64,000 nucleotides of DNA from Escherichia virus TH57: sequence record MT446422.1; one strand, written 5' to 3'. Position numbers and translations under genes: made by a program. The notes beneath the pieces were generated by a model. It did no database searches. It was not told the origin of the DNA and was given only the letters and a program-made list of their open reading frames with translations. The first letter of the stretch is position 1, and every line of letters starts with the position of its first letter. This document shows, piece by piece, positions 36,197 through 45,373 of this stretch.

Positions 36197-36457
36197 ATGA
36201 AATATATTAATCGTTCTATTGCCGCGCTGGTTTTGGCAGTTTCATTGACTGGTTGTACTGATGCAGATAATGCTGTTCGCGTATTAGATGCAAACGGCTA
36301 TGAGCAAATCCAAATCACCGGATATAACTGGTTTGGATGCTCTAAAGATGATTTCCAGCATACTGGTTTTACAGCAGTGGGTTCAACTGGTAAGAAAGTT
36401 GAAGGAACTGTTTGTTCTGGATTGTTGTTCAAGAATTCAACCATCCGATTTGAATAA
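36197..36457 (+). CDS. putative lipoprotein (86 aa)
   Basis: Signal peptide with lipobox LTGC; followed by hairpin terminator. Confidence 0.5.
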   Translation: MKYINRSIAALVLAVSLTGCTDADNAVRVLDANGYEQIQITGYNWFGCSKDDFQHTGFTAVGSTGKKVEGTVCSGLLFKNSTIRFE

Positions 36458-36474
36458 GGCCTTCGGGCCTTTTT
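36457..36474 (+). terminator. rho-independent terminator before gene 39
   Basis: AGGCC ttcg GGCCT followed by TTTTT. Confidence 0.55.
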
Positions 36475-36498
36475 GCTTTAAAATATGTGACTTATAAT
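36474..36498 (+). promoter_or_regulatory. candidate middle promoter (MotA box plus -10) for gene 39
   Basis: TGCTTTA then 12 nt then TATAAT directly after terminator. Confidence 0.45.
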
Positions 36499-36520
36499 AC
36501 CTCCATACACAAGAGGAAAG

Positions 36521-38353
36521 ATGATGATTAATAATGAAATTAAAGTACTCTCGGACGTCGAGCATATCAAAAAACGTTCCGGGATGTATATTGGTTCCAG
36601 TTCAAATGAAGCGCATGAGCGATTCTTGTTTGGTGAATATAAGTCCGTAAGCTATGTTCCTGGTATTGTAAAACTGATTGATGAAATTATTGATAACTCT
36701 GTTGATGAAGCAATTCGCACCAGTTTTAAATTTGCCAATAAAATTGATGTCCAAATTAAAGATAATCAGATTTCGGTTTCTGATAATGGCCGTGGTATTC
36801 CACAGGCAATGGTTACAGACCAAAACGGTGAACAAATCCCTGGCCCTGTTGCAGCATGGACTATTCCAAAAGCAGGTGGCAACTTCGGCGATGATGCTGA
36901 ACGTAAAACTGGCGGGATGAATGGCGTCGGGTCTTCTCTGACCAATATTTTCTCCGTATTGTTCACCGGGATTACCGCTGATGGGGCGAACGAAATTACT
37001 GTTAACTGCTCCAACGGTATGGAAAACAAATGTTGGTCGACTAAGAAATCAAAGGGTAAAGGTACGACTGTTATATTTATTCCAGATTTTAGTCACTTTG
37101 AAGAAAATAGTCTGTCCCAGATTTATCTGGATATTACATTGGACCGTCTGCAGACTCTTGCTGTTGTTTATCCGGATATTCAGTTCACCTTTAATGGTAA
37201 AAAGGTTGATGGCAACTTCAAGAAGTTCTCCAAGCAATTCGGAACCGAAGTTGTTATTCAGGAAACTGATACAGTATCGATGGCCTTTACGACCAGCCCA
37301 GACGGTTTCCGTCAGTTGACTTATGTCAACAACATTCATACAAAGAATGGCGGACACCACGTTGAATGTGTTATGGATGATATCTGTGAACACCTTCAGC
37401 CGGCGATTAAGCGCAAATATAAAGGCATTGAGGTGACCAAGGCACGAGTTAAAGAATGTCTCACCATGCTTATGTTCATCCGCGATATGAGCAACATGCG
37501 ATTTGATTCCCAAACCAAGGAGCGATTGACTTCTCCGGCTGGTGAAATCCGAAATCACATTAAGATTGATGCTAAGAAAATCGCGCAAGCTATTCTGAAA
37601 AATGAACCGCTGATTATGCCGATTGTTGAAGCTGCATTAGCCCGTAAATTGGCTGCAGAGAAAGCAGCAGAGACTAAGGCAAATAAGAAAGCTTCAAAGG
37701 CCAAGGTACAAAAGCATATCAAGGCCAACGAATGGGGCAATGATAAGTTGGAAACGACTCTATTCCTGACCGAAGGGGATTCTGCAACTGGCCCATTTAT
37801 CAAGGTTCGCGACCGTGAATTGCAGGGTGCTTATCCATTACGGGGCAAGTTTAAAAACACATGGGGCCTGAAAGCTATTGACGTTATGAAGAACGCTGAA
37901 GCCTTTGATGTGTGTGCAATTACTGGATTAACGATTGGACAACCGGCCGAGAATATGAATTACCGAAACATTGCTATCATGACAGATGCGGATGTGGATG
38001 GTGTCGGTAGTATCTATCCATCGTTATTGGCGTTTTTCAGTAACTGGCCAGAGCTGTTCCATGAAGGACGAATTCGCTTTGTGAAAACTCCTGTTATTAT
38101 TGCGCAGCTCAAAGATAAACAAGAATGGTTCTATTCTCTTCCTGACTATGAAGAAGCTAAGGATAAACTTCCGAAGCACACCATCCGATACATCAAGGGA
38201 CTTGGTTCTCTGGAAGATGCCGAGTACAAACGCGTATTGCTCGAACCGGTATTCGAAGTTGTTCAATTGCCTGACAACTGGAAAGAACTGTTTGAAATGT
38301 TATTCGGTAAAGATTCCCAGCAGCGCAAAGATTGGATGAATGCGACGCTATAA
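36521..38353 (+). CDS. 39: DNA topoisomerase II large subunit (GyrB-like ATPase; genes 39 and 60 as one ORF)
   Basis: 610 aa continuous ORF; GHKL ATPase N-terminus and TOPRIM region; no internal stop or bypass. Confidence 0.9.
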   Translation: MMINNEIKVLSDVEHIKKRSGMYIGSSSNEAHERFLFGEYKSVSYVPGIVKLIDEIIDNSVDEAIRTSFKFANKIDVQIKDNQISVSDNGRGIPQAMVTDQNGEQIPGPVAAWTIPKAGGNFGDDAERKTGGMNGVGSSLTNIFSVLFTGITADGANEITVNCSNGMENKCWSTKKSKGKGTTVIFIPDFSHFEENSLSQIYLDITLDRLQTLAVVYPDIQFTFNGKKVDGNFKKFSKQFGTEVVIQETDTVSMAFTTSPDGFRQLTYVNNIHTKNGGHHVECVMDDICEHLQPAIKRKYKGIEVTKARVKECLTMLMFIRDMSNMRFDSQTKERLTSPAGEIRNHIKIDAKKIAQAILKNEPLIMPIVEAALARKLAAEKAAETKANKKASKAKVQKHIKANEWGNDKLETTLFLTEGDSATGPFIKVRDRELQGAYPLRGKFKNTWGLKAIDVMKNAEAFDVCAITGLTIGQPAENMNYRNIAIMTDADVDGVGSIYPSLLAFFSNWPELFHEGRIRFVKTPVIIAQLKDKQEWFYSLPDYEEAKDKLPKHTIRYIKGLGSLEDAEYKRVLLEPVFEVVQLPDNWKELFEMLFGKDSQQRKDWMNATL

Positions 38354-38356
38354 ATA
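38349..38356 (+). promoter_or_regulatory. late-promoter-like TATAAATA overlapping gene 39 stop
   Basis: Exact TATAAATA; 38 nt upstream of ORF 38394. Confidence 0.35.
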
Positions 38357-38393
38357 GATGTGGGAGAATATTCTCCCGCTACTAGGAGACAAT

Positions 38394-38546
38394 ATGACTA
38401 AATACTGGATTACACTCGCTACCGGTGAATATGGTTTTCTCTGGGCAGAGAAAAAGCCTTTGTTTGCAGAATTTGTAACAATCACGTGCGAAACCTGGGA
38501 AGGTGAAACTTTCATGGCGTATGGTCAAGTCTATAAAGTAGAATAA
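38394..38546 (+). CDS. hypothetical protein (50 aa)
   Basis: ATG with AGGAGA RBS; TATAAATA overlaps gene 39 stop 38 nt upstream. Confidence 0.35.
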   Translation: MTKYWITLATGEYGFLWAEKKPLFAEFVTITCETWEGETFMAYGQVYKVE

Positions 38547-38551
38547 AATTT

Positions 38552-38575
38552 GGTCTCCTTCGGGAGACCTTTTTA
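38552..38575 (+). terminator. rho-independent terminator
   Basis: GGTCTCC ttcg GGAGACC followed by TTTTT. Confidence 0.6.
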
Positions 38576-38578
38576 TTA

Positions 38579-38607
38579 TGTACAAGCCACAAAAATTGTG
38601 TTAAGAT
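38579..38607 (+). promoter_or_regulatory. early-type promoter (TGTACA, 17 nt, TAAGAT)
   Basis: Immediately after terminator hairpin; upstream of ORF 38625. Confidence 0.35.
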
Positions 38608-38624
38608 GTCTTTGAGGTGAAAAT

Positions 38625-38909
38625 ATGATTATGTCTGACGGAAGTTTAGTTAATCTGCAAAATGTTGCACGGTGTATTATGGAAGCAGGTCTAAGGAAGG
38701 TGCAGGGGCTCCCAGATAACGACAGGAAGCGAAGTTACTTGTTAGCTGTAAGAACAACAGCCATGAGCATTAAGGCTGGCCAGAAGGTCCCTGAGGAGCG
38801 AATTGAAGCACTCCTTGCATTGATATACCATGACCAAGAACATAAAGCTACCATGCGTAGTATGAGAAAAATATTACAGGAGATTGGAAATGACGAACTT
38901 CAAAGTTAA
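38625..38909 (+). CDS. hypothetical protein (94 aa)
   Basis: ORF after terminator and early-type promoter. Confidence 0.45.
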   Translation: MIMSDGSLVNLQNVARCIMEAGLRKVQGLPDNDRKRSYLLAVRTTAMSIKAGQKVPEERIEALLALIYHDQEHKATMRSMRKILQEIGNDELQS

Positions 38910-39093
38910 TATGGAACTGTTTGATAAGGCTATCCATAAAGAGTACCGTGTTATCCAACGATTTTTTGATATAAGAGAAGCTGAAGAGTTTAAAGAACGC
39001 TTCAAAGAAATCCGTATTAAAATAGCTTCTGACGCCGCAACAAAGGATGAACTTCTTGAAGTTGCAGAATTAATCAAACGTAACATAAAGTGA
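38884..39093 (+). CDS. hypothetical protein (69 aa)
   Basis: ORF immediately upstream of rIIA. Confidence 0.4.
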   Translation: MEMTNFKVNMELFDKAIHKEYRVIQRFFDIREAEEFKERFKEIRIKIASDAATKDELLEVAELIKRNIK

Positions 39094-39100
39094 GAAAAAC

Positions 39101-41335
39101 ATGATTTTAGAAACTGAAAAGGAAACAATCCTTGGTAATGGTGCCAAGGCATCAGCATTCACAATCCAGGCATCTCCAAAGGTGTTTAAGATTCTGACCA
39201 GCGACCTTTATACAAACAAGGTGCGCGCGGTTGTTCGTGAGCTGATTACCAATATGATTGATGCTCATATGCTCAATGGTTGTCAGGATAAATTCATTGT
39301 GCAAGCTCCTGGTGAACTGGACCCACGTTTTGTATGTCGTGACTTTGGTCCGGGTATGAGTGATTTCCAGATTCGTGGTGATGAAAATACTCCAGGTCTG
39401 TATAACAGTTTCTTTGCATCATCCAAGGCTGAATCCAACGATTTTATTGGTGGCTTTGGCCTGGGTTCTAAATCTCCGTTCAGTTATACCGAGACGTTTA
39501 GCCTGATTTCATATCATGATGGTCAAGTTAACGGTTATGTCGCTTATATGGATGGCGATGGCCCACAGATTAAGCCAACCTTTAGCGAACCAATGAAACC
39601 TGGTGACCGCACAGGGATTGAAGTTGTTGTCCCGGTTGATAGTAATGATTTTGGTAAGTTCCGCTACGAGATTGCGTATATCATGCGTCCATTTGCTGGA
39701 CTGGCTGAAGTGCAAGGCGTAGGCGAAATTAATTACTTCCCAGAATTTGATGATTATTATGCTCCAGCGCGTATTGATTATAGCAGCCCAGAACGTTATG
39801 GACTTTATGCAATTTACGGCGGTATTGTTTATCCGATTGGTGACGGTTATACAAAGAAAACCTGGATGACTGCCAAAAATGATGTTGTCTTTATTAAGTT
39901 CCCGATGGGTTCGTTGGATATTGCACCTTCTCGCGAAGCATTATCACTGGACAAACGTACGGTCGCAAATATCGTTGAACGTATTGAATCGCTTGATAAG
40001 AAGGTCATGGAAGATGATTGTAAGAAATGGCAGGAATCAGAATGTATCCGCCATACGTATCGCGAATTGCAGAGTCTGAGTTATGAAGCTCGTAATTTTC
40101 TGAAAGCTCGTAATGCTGAAACGAAATTTACAAAATCACAATTGACTTTTAACCAGATGTACGAAATGTTCGAGCTGGACAAAGACCTTATTAATGCCGG
40201 GGTTGTCTATGATATCTATAGCACCACCCGTCTGAAACGTCTGCGTAACTCAAGCTCGAACACGAATACTGCAAGCCTGACAAGCATGTTTGGTATTCAT
40301 AATGATACCTTGAATATTGTTATTGACGATGCTAAAGGGCGAATTGCGATGATTCGTGGTATCAGTTCAATGCTGTATGACACCAGCGCGAAAGCCAAAA
40401 AGCTCAAAGCATCTGGTAAAGTTCCGACTGTGCAGGGTAGTAGTCTATTGTTCGTTGACCCAACCAGCGAAATTCAAACACGTCTGATGGTTCAACTTCA
40501 AGAACGATTTAAAGGCGATACAGTTAATATCTATCGTACGTCTGAACTGACCGCCCTTGTAAAAGACTGGATTCCGGTTGCGGACCCGAAAGAGCGTGTT
40601 AAGTCAAAGACTCCATCGGTGATTCGTTGGACTAAAACCAATGGTCGATGGCAGGCTGTTGAAGAATTTACATGCGCTGCTGATGCAGAGGAAATCGATG
40701 GTTATGCTGTATTCATTAACCGTAGCAACATTTCCCCGTTGAATCAGGATTATGGCGTCACGAACTTCGGGACCCAGACATTGTGCAAACTGGCAAACCT
40801 GTTGGAAATCAATGAATTCTGTGTTATTCGTCCACAGCTTCAGAAAAAGGTTACCAAGCTGGCGCAGTGTGATTGTCTGATTGAAGCTGCAGTCAATCGT
40901 TATGTGGAATTGATTGATTCAGTTGATGCGGACCAGTACATTGCCGCTTCAAGCCGTTCGCGTTATTATATTCCTATCCTGTCTGAATATGCAGAACTGA
41001 ATTTTATGTTCAAGTATTTTTATGCAAAAGATGTTCAGAAAGATGTGAACACTGACTATGCCGAACTAATGCAGTTCAATAAGTTCTTTGCTTATAACGC
41101 ATATAACAGTGGAACAGTTGATAAGACCATGCAGGAAACTCTGGTCCTTTGTAATAAGATTTATGACGACCTGACCAAAAACGCTTCGGTAACAAGCGAT
41201 AAAATGGTTTTTGAATTTGAAAAGAATCACCCGATTGTTTCACACTTTTTATATAACCGTAACGCCATGTCAACTGAACAAGTACAGAACGTTGCTCAAA
41301 TCATGAAGGCCGTGGAAGCGGCCAATAAGGAATAA
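39101..41335 (+). CDS. rIIA: rIIA protein
   Basis: 744 aa; N-terminal region matches recalled T4 rIIA (KETILGNG..KVFKILTSDLYTNK..RELITNMIDAH). Confidence 0.92.
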   Translation: MILETEKETILGNGAKASAFTIQASPKVFKILTSDLYTNKVRAVVRELITNMIDAHMLNGCQDKFIVQAPGELDPRFVCRDFGPGMSDFQIRGDENTPGLYNSFFASSKAESNDFIGGFGLGSKSPFSYTETFSLISYHDGQVNGYVAYMDGDGPQIKPTFSEPMKPGDRTGIEVVVPVDSNDFGKFRYEIAYIMRPFAGLAEVQGVGEINYFPEFDDYYAPARIDYSSPERYGLYAIYGGIVYPIGDGYTKKTWMTAKNDVVFIKFPMGSLDIAPSREALSLDKRTVANIVERIESLDKKVMEDDCKKWQESECIRHTYRELQSLSYEARNFLKARNAETKFTKSQLTFNQMYEMFELDKDLINAGVVYDIYSTTRLKRLRNSSSNTNTASLTSMFGIHNDTLNIVIDDAKGRIAMIRGISSMLYDTSAKAKKLKASGKVPTVQGSSLLFVDPTSEIQTRLMVQLQERFKGDTVNIYRTSELTALVKDWIPVADPKERVKSKTPSVIRWTKTNGRWQAVEEFTCAADAEEIDGYAVFINRSNISPLNQDYGVTNFGTQTLCKLANLLEINEFCVIRPQLQKKVTKLAQCDCLIEAAVNRYVELIDSVDADQYIAASSRSRYYIPILSEYAELNFMFKYFYAKDVQKDVNTDYAELMQFNKFFAYNAYNSGTVDKTMQETLVLCNKIYDDLTKNASVTSDKMVFEFEKNHPIVSHFLYNRNAMSTEQVQNVAQIMKAVEAANKE

Positions 41336-41336
41336 T

Positions 41337-42311
41337 ATGTTTAATATTAAAGCTTTATCCAAATTTGACCAAAACCAGGTAGTTTCTCTTTATAAAACTG
41401 GTAATTATACCCAACAGGAACTAGCAGATAATTTCGGTGTATCGGTTGACACCATTCGCCGTGTTTTGAAAAATGATAAAGAATCAAAATTATCTAAAAC
41501 CATTTCTGCATCACTGAAAGCAGCTGTTGGTGTGGCGATTAATGCTCCGGTGACAGTAACGGTTGAAGTCCCGGTTGTTGAAGATACAATCGGCGGGAGC
41601 CGCCCGGAAATCGTATGGAATGCATCAAGCAAATTCGTTTCCATCACCGAAGGTCGTACGGTCTGGAACGCAACAAAAGACCATAAACACTTTAATGATA
41701 TTATTCAGGCATTGATTGAATCTCGTTTTGATGATGCTATCGAGTTTATCTCAATCAAAGCTGCAGTACAAAAATATGTGAAAGGCGATGTGCGTATTGA
41801 AGGTGGTAGTTTGTTCTATCAGGGAATTGAACTGCGCTCTGGCCTGGTTACTCGTATCATTGATTCAATGCAAAATGGCGAAGACTTTGAATTCTATCTG
41901 CCGTTCCTTGAGAATCTCCTTGAGAACCCGAGTGAGAAAGCTGTACAGCGTTTGTTTGACTTCCTGGTTGCAAACGATATCGAAATCACCGAAGATGGCC
42001 ATTTCATCGCCTGGAAAATGGTTCGTTCAACCTACAAAGATTGCCACTCAAACACATTCGACAACAGCCCTGGCCAATATGTTAAAATGCCGCGCTCTCG
42101 TGTGAATGACAATGACGAACAGACCTGTTCAACTGGGCTGCACGTTTGTTCTAAAGGTTATATCGGAAGTGGCTTTGGTCATGGTGATGGGCGCATCGTA
42201 TCCTGTAAAGTTCACCCGCGCGATGTTGTAAGCATCCCGGTGGATTATAATGATTCCAAAATGAGGGTATGTGGTTATCTGGTCCTTGATGATGTAACTG
42301 AACAATTCTAA
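41337..42311 (+). CDS. rIIB: rIIB protein
   Basis: 324 aa; motifs NYTQQELAD..GVSVDTIRRVLKN and C-terminal LHVCSK..HPRDVVSIP as recalled for T4 rIIB. Confidence 0.92.
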   Translation: MFNIKALSKFDQNQVVSLYKTGNYTQQELADNFGVSVDTIRRVLKNDKESKLSKTISASLKAAVGVAINAPVTVTVEVPVVEDTIGGSRPEIVWNASSKFVSITEGRTVWNATKDHKHFNDIIQALIESRFDDAIEFISIKAAVQKYVKGDVRIEGGSLFYQGIELRSGLVTRIIDSMQNGEDFEFYLPFLENLLENPSEKAVQRLFDFLVANDIEITEDGHFIAWKMVRSTYKDCHSNTFDNSPGQYVKMPRSRVNDNDEQTCSTGLHVCSKGYIGSGFGHGDGRIVSCKVHPRDVVSIPVDYNDSKMRVCGYLVLDDVTEQF

Positions 42312-42318
42312 ATGAATC

Positions 42319-42332
42319 GGGGCTTCGGCCCC
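42319..42332 (+). promoter_or_regulatory. RNA hairpin GGGGCUUCGGCCCC after rIIB
   Basis: Identical 14-mer to that at 12972; 8 nt after rIIB stop, before the next RBS. Confidence 0.4.
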
Positions 42333-42344
42333 TAATGAGGCTTT

Positions 42345-42542
42345 ATGTTAGGTTTCCAAGCACGTGTAGTTGAAGAATATGACCAGCTGGTTTTGAAAAT
42401 CAATGCTCTTGAAGAATTTATTAAGGGCGGTGTTTTTGAAACTCTCGATGCTCGTCAACAAGGTCTTTTGATTGCCCAGTTAGATGCAATGGGTGCTTAT
42501 GCTCATGTACTGGCAATTCGTATCTCTTATTTTGGTGAATAA
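42345..42542 (+). CDS. hypothetical protein (65 aa)
   Basis: ORF preceded by GGGGCTTCGGCCCC hairpin and GAGG RBS. Confidence 0.4.
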   Translation: MLGFQARVVEEYDQLVLKINALEEFIKGGVFETLDARQQGLLIAQLDAMGAYAHVLAIRISYFGE

Positions 42543-42545
42543 ATT

Positions 42546-42815
42546 ATGATTAAGCATTTCAATGTGTCAGACCGTGACATCAAAGTTTCAAATCTCCGGG
42601 GTCACCATTACGCAGGAATAGTTTACTGTGGCAAGCTCATCAAGCATGAAGGTGATGTTCACTATGGCTGGTTGGAATGTGATGAAGTAGTTGTTGGGGA
42701 ATTCCCTGACCCGGATTCTGATACATTTGATGCTAATGACCGTTTGTATTATGGCGAGCTTCATATCCGGGGAATCGTCGGTATCGATGAGGTAAAAGAT
42801 GATTCAGAAGAGTAA
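42546..42815 (+). CDS. hypothetical protein (89 aa)
   Basis: ORF only. Confidence 0.4.
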   Translation: MIKHFNVSDRDIKVSNLRGHHYAGIVYCGKLIKHEGDVHYGWLECDEVVVGEFPDPDSDTFDANDRLYYGELHIRGIVGIDEVKDDSEE

Positions 42816-43392
42816 AACATGGGAGCATCTGAAAAAGATGCCCTCCTTTCTTTATACAAAGGAAGACTTAACACCTGAATCCCTACAAAAGATTGTAGAC
42901 ACGGCCAGGTATTCATTGCGTAAAGACCCAGGTCAAGACCGTGAGCAAGTCATGCAAAGATGTATGGTGGCTACAATGGCAGAACAAGCTATTGCTAAAT
43001 GGACCTCCGGCTTTTTATGCGGCGGTGATGAAGATTACGATAATCCTTATTCCTTTGCATTTGATGTAGTTTCGAAGGAAGGGGTAAGAATCGAAGTCAA
43101 GACCCACCAGTCTGGTTCCAAATGGATATCCGTGCATACTGGTAGTCAGGGCGATTATCCACATGGTTACGGGATTAATCTTGGTCCTTTTATGCAACAC
43201 AAGCTTGCTGACCTTATGATTATGTTTAATGTAAAAGAGACTATCAAAGGTTATAGATTTAAACCAAAATTCCTTGCTGGGCCTGGGGCTTTTGTTCCTG
43301 AGTCCGGTCTTGTGCAGAAGTCACAAGGGGATGGCTGGTACCTCCGTTCTTGTTCAGAAGAAAAATTCCCCTATCACCGGTTTACAAGCTGA
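42799..43392 (+). CDS. hypothetical protein (197 aa), possible PD-(D/E)xK nuclease at the denB position
   Basis: FDVV...RIEVKT resembles a D...ExK nuclease motif; occupies the post-rIIB slot where T4 has denB; speculative. Confidence 0.4.
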   Translation: MIQKSKTWEHLKKMPSFLYTKEDLTPESLQKIVDTARYSLRKDPGQDREQVMQRCMVATMAEQAIAKWTSGFLCGGDEDYDNPYSFAFDVVSKEGVRIEVKTHQSGSKWISVHTGSQGDYPHGYGINLGPFMQHKLADLMIMFNVKETIKGYRFKPKFLAGPGAFVPESGLVQKSQGDGWYLRSCSEEKFPYHRFTS

Positions 43393-43439
43393 ACCAACCA
43401 TGTAATAATGTCCTCACACCAACAAATGAGGACATTATC

Positions 43440-43715
43440 ATGGACCACGTTACTACTCACAACATTAAACAAATTCTTATTCAAGCACTCAAAAACAACA
43501 ACATCAATTTTCCAACCCATGAAATTTTTGATGTGGTATTCAACGAAGTCCAGGGTCAAGTTGCATATTATGACGTTATCGTTTATCTTTCAGAATTTGA
43601 AGTCTACCACCTGACTGAAATCGCTTTCTATCTCTATCGTGGAACAGCAGATTTTACTGGTGTCGTGAATGCAGTTGGCGCATATAAAGAAGTTAAAGAA
43701 CAAATGCACAATTAA
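43440..43715 (+). CDS. hypothetical protein (91 aa)
   Basis: ATG 43440 with GAGGA RBS. Confidence 0.4.
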   Translation: MDHVTTHNIKQILIQALKNNNINFPTHEIFDVVFNEVQGQVAYYDVIVYLSEFEVYHLTEIAFYLYRGTADFTGVVNAVGAYKEVKEQMHN

Positions 43716-43725
43716 TTAAAAAGTA

Positions 43726-43755
43726 GTGTACATCAGTATGGAGTCTATGTATAAT
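43726..43755 (+). promoter_or_regulatory. early-type promoter cassette (GTGTAC, 18 nt, TATAAT) with stem-loop
   Basis: ATGGAGTC..GATTCCAT imperfect inverted repeat around -10; leader CATACTGAGTTA. Confidence 0.5.
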
Positions 43756-43789
43756 GATTCCATACTGAGTTACCAAACTGGAGAATAAA

Positions 43790-43945
43790 ATGAAACCTGC
43801 TCAATATGCAATGACTTTATACCTTGAAGTTAATGGCGATATTACTGAATTTTTTAAATTAATGCAACAGCGTGGAAAAAGTTTTGCAGTTACTGAGCGT
43901 CAATTTTACGCTTGCCGTAAAAATACATACAATCGTTATGCATGA
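43790..43945 (+). CDS. hypothetical protein (51 aa)
   Basis: ATG directly after promoter cassette leader CTGGAGAATAAA. Confidence 0.3.
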   Translation: MKPAQYAMTLYLEVNGDITEFFKLMQQRGKSFAVTERQFYACRKNTYNRYA

Positions 43946-43955
43946 GGAAAATAAA

Positions 43956-44222
43956 ATGGATATTAAATTATACTACGCCAAACACAAAGTTACAGGTATG
44001 GTTGTTGCCGCTATGTATGATGCGTCAGGTGATGGTGATGATGTTACCACAGAATTGTCTCTTTCTGATTGTAAATTTCTTCGTCCATTGATTGCATCAA
44101 AGGAAGATTTGGAAAAGCTTATTGATGGAAAACTGGATAATGTTGATGGCATAGATATTCTTTATGACCTTCGCACCGCATTGCACAGGGGTCTGATTGA
44201 AATAAAAGAGGTGATATTTTGA
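43956..44222 (+). CDS. hypothetical protein (88 aa)
   Basis: ATG with GAGGAAAA RBS. Confidence 0.4.
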   Translation: MDIKLYYAKHKVTGMVVAAMYDASGDGDDVTTELSLSDCKFLRPLIASKEDLEKLIDGKLDNVDGIDILYDLRTALHRGLIEIKEVIF

Positions 44223-44312
44223 GCAGCAAAACCTGGTGTCTTATCTGGATGCTGTGTATCCCAGTAATTTGCGTTTGTTTTAGTTTATTATTAATGAAAC
44301 TTGCATAAAAGA

Positions 44313-44341
44313 GTGTACATCTCCGGTGGTTGTAGTATAAT
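44313..44341 (+). promoter_or_regulatory. early-type promoter cassette (GTGTAC, 17 nt, TATAAT)
   Basis: Leader GAACCTATCAACTACTGGAGA then ATG. Confidence 0.5.
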
Positions 44342-44367
44342 GAACCTATCAACTACTGGAGATGATT

Positions 44368-44484
44368 ATGAAAAAGTTACTTAAAGCCATTTGGAACATG
44401 TTTGTATTGTTTGTTGTCCTGAGCATTTTCCCAATTGTTTTTATGATTGACCATGTGCGCGTTTACTTTAACTATTTCTTTTGA
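44368..44484 (+). CDS. small membrane peptide (38 aa)
   Basis: ATG after promoter cassette leader; hydrophobic. Confidence 0.3.
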   Translation: MKKLLKAIWNMFVLFVVLSIFPIVFMIDHVRVYFNYFF

Positions 44485-44494
44485 GGATAATATT

Positions 44495-44701
44495 ATGAAT
44501 TACAATTCACAATTTCAGAAATCCAATCGTCGCTTTGACTTTATGTTCAAGTTTATTGTGGCGATGATTATCCTGATTTTCATTGGTGCCATTGCAATGA
44601 TTAGTTTCCAGCTCTGGATTGCTGCTGAAGTGTTCACACAAATCCAGGATAATGGTTTGAAGTCTGTTGTTGATGTAATTTGGAATGGAGCTAAGCAATG
44701 A
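44495..44701 (+). CDS. small membrane protein (68 aa)
   Basis: ATG with GAGGA RBS; hydrophobic helix IVAMIILIFIGAIAMISF. Confidence 0.4.
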   Translation: MNYNSQFQKSNRRFDFMFKFIVAMIILIFIGAIAMISFQLWIAAEVFTQIQDNGLKSVVDVIWNGAKQ

Positions 44702-44943
44702 AACTTTTTAAAGACATTGCAGTTGGTGAAAAATTTGTCCTGGGTAATGGTCAACAACTGATTCGCATTTCGCCTTTAATGGATAACAGCGAGCGCCCCG
44801 TGCGCACTGAAAACTGTTTGGATTATCCTTTTTATCAGAAGCGTTTTGCAATTGAAAATAATACTGAGTGCTTCACAGTTGATGAACTGATGGAATCATC
44901 AGAAGAAGTTGACTTGTGGGATGGCGCAGTAGACCCTGAATAA
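44698..44943 (+). CDS. hypothetical protein (81 aa)
   Basis: ORF with stop/start overlap. Confidence 0.4.
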   Translation: MKLFKDIAVGEKFVLGNGQQLIRISPLMDNSERPVRTENCLDYPFYQKRFAIENNTECFTVDELMESSEEVDLWDGAVDPE

Positions 44944-44958
44944 ATTGAGGAAATCATT

Positions 44959-45300
44959 ATGTCTAAATTATTTTTTGGTAATGCCAATGTTATGTTCTTT
45001 AAGAACCTTAGTCTCCAAGATGCAGCTTTATGTAATCAAGGGCAGATTCCAGGGTTACATTTAAAAACTGTAATGAGCACAGATTTTGTTTTTGTTCAAG
45101 ACCCTGATACAGGTTTTTACAGATTTATTAAATTCCGTATGTGCATGGACCCCGACTATCGCAATGCTTACTATGTAAGTTATGAAAATGTTATTAAAGA
45201 ATTACGTAATACCTATGGATATGCTTTGATAAACCTGAATAAGGTGTATAACGCTACTTGTTACACCCCCGAATTTATTTTAGAACAACTTCAAAAATAG
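44959..45300 (+). CDS. hypothetical protein (113 aa)
   Basis: ORF with GAGGAAA RBS. Confidence 0.45.
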   Translation: MSKLFFGNANVMFFKNLSLQDAALCNQGQIPGLHLKTVMSTDFVFVQDPDTGFYRFIKFRMCMDPDYRNAYYVSYENVIKELRNTYGYALINLNKVYNATCYTPEFILEQLQK

Positions 45301-45329
45301 TGTACAAACTCATGGGGTCAGAGTATAAT
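45300..45329 (+). promoter_or_regulatory. early-type promoter cassette (GTGTACA, 18 nt, TATAAT) with stem-loop, upstream of ndd
   Basis: TGGGGTC..TATAAT..GACCCCA; nearly identical to cassette at 34822. Confidence 0.5.
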
Positions 45330-45373
45330 GACCCCACTGGAGCACAAAACTTTAACTTACTGAGGAAATTAAT

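Noticed and set aside
36521-38353. Gene 60-type translational bypass (50-nt hop)
   Set aside because: The topoisomerase subunit is one continuous ORF without an internal stop or take-off/landing codon pair
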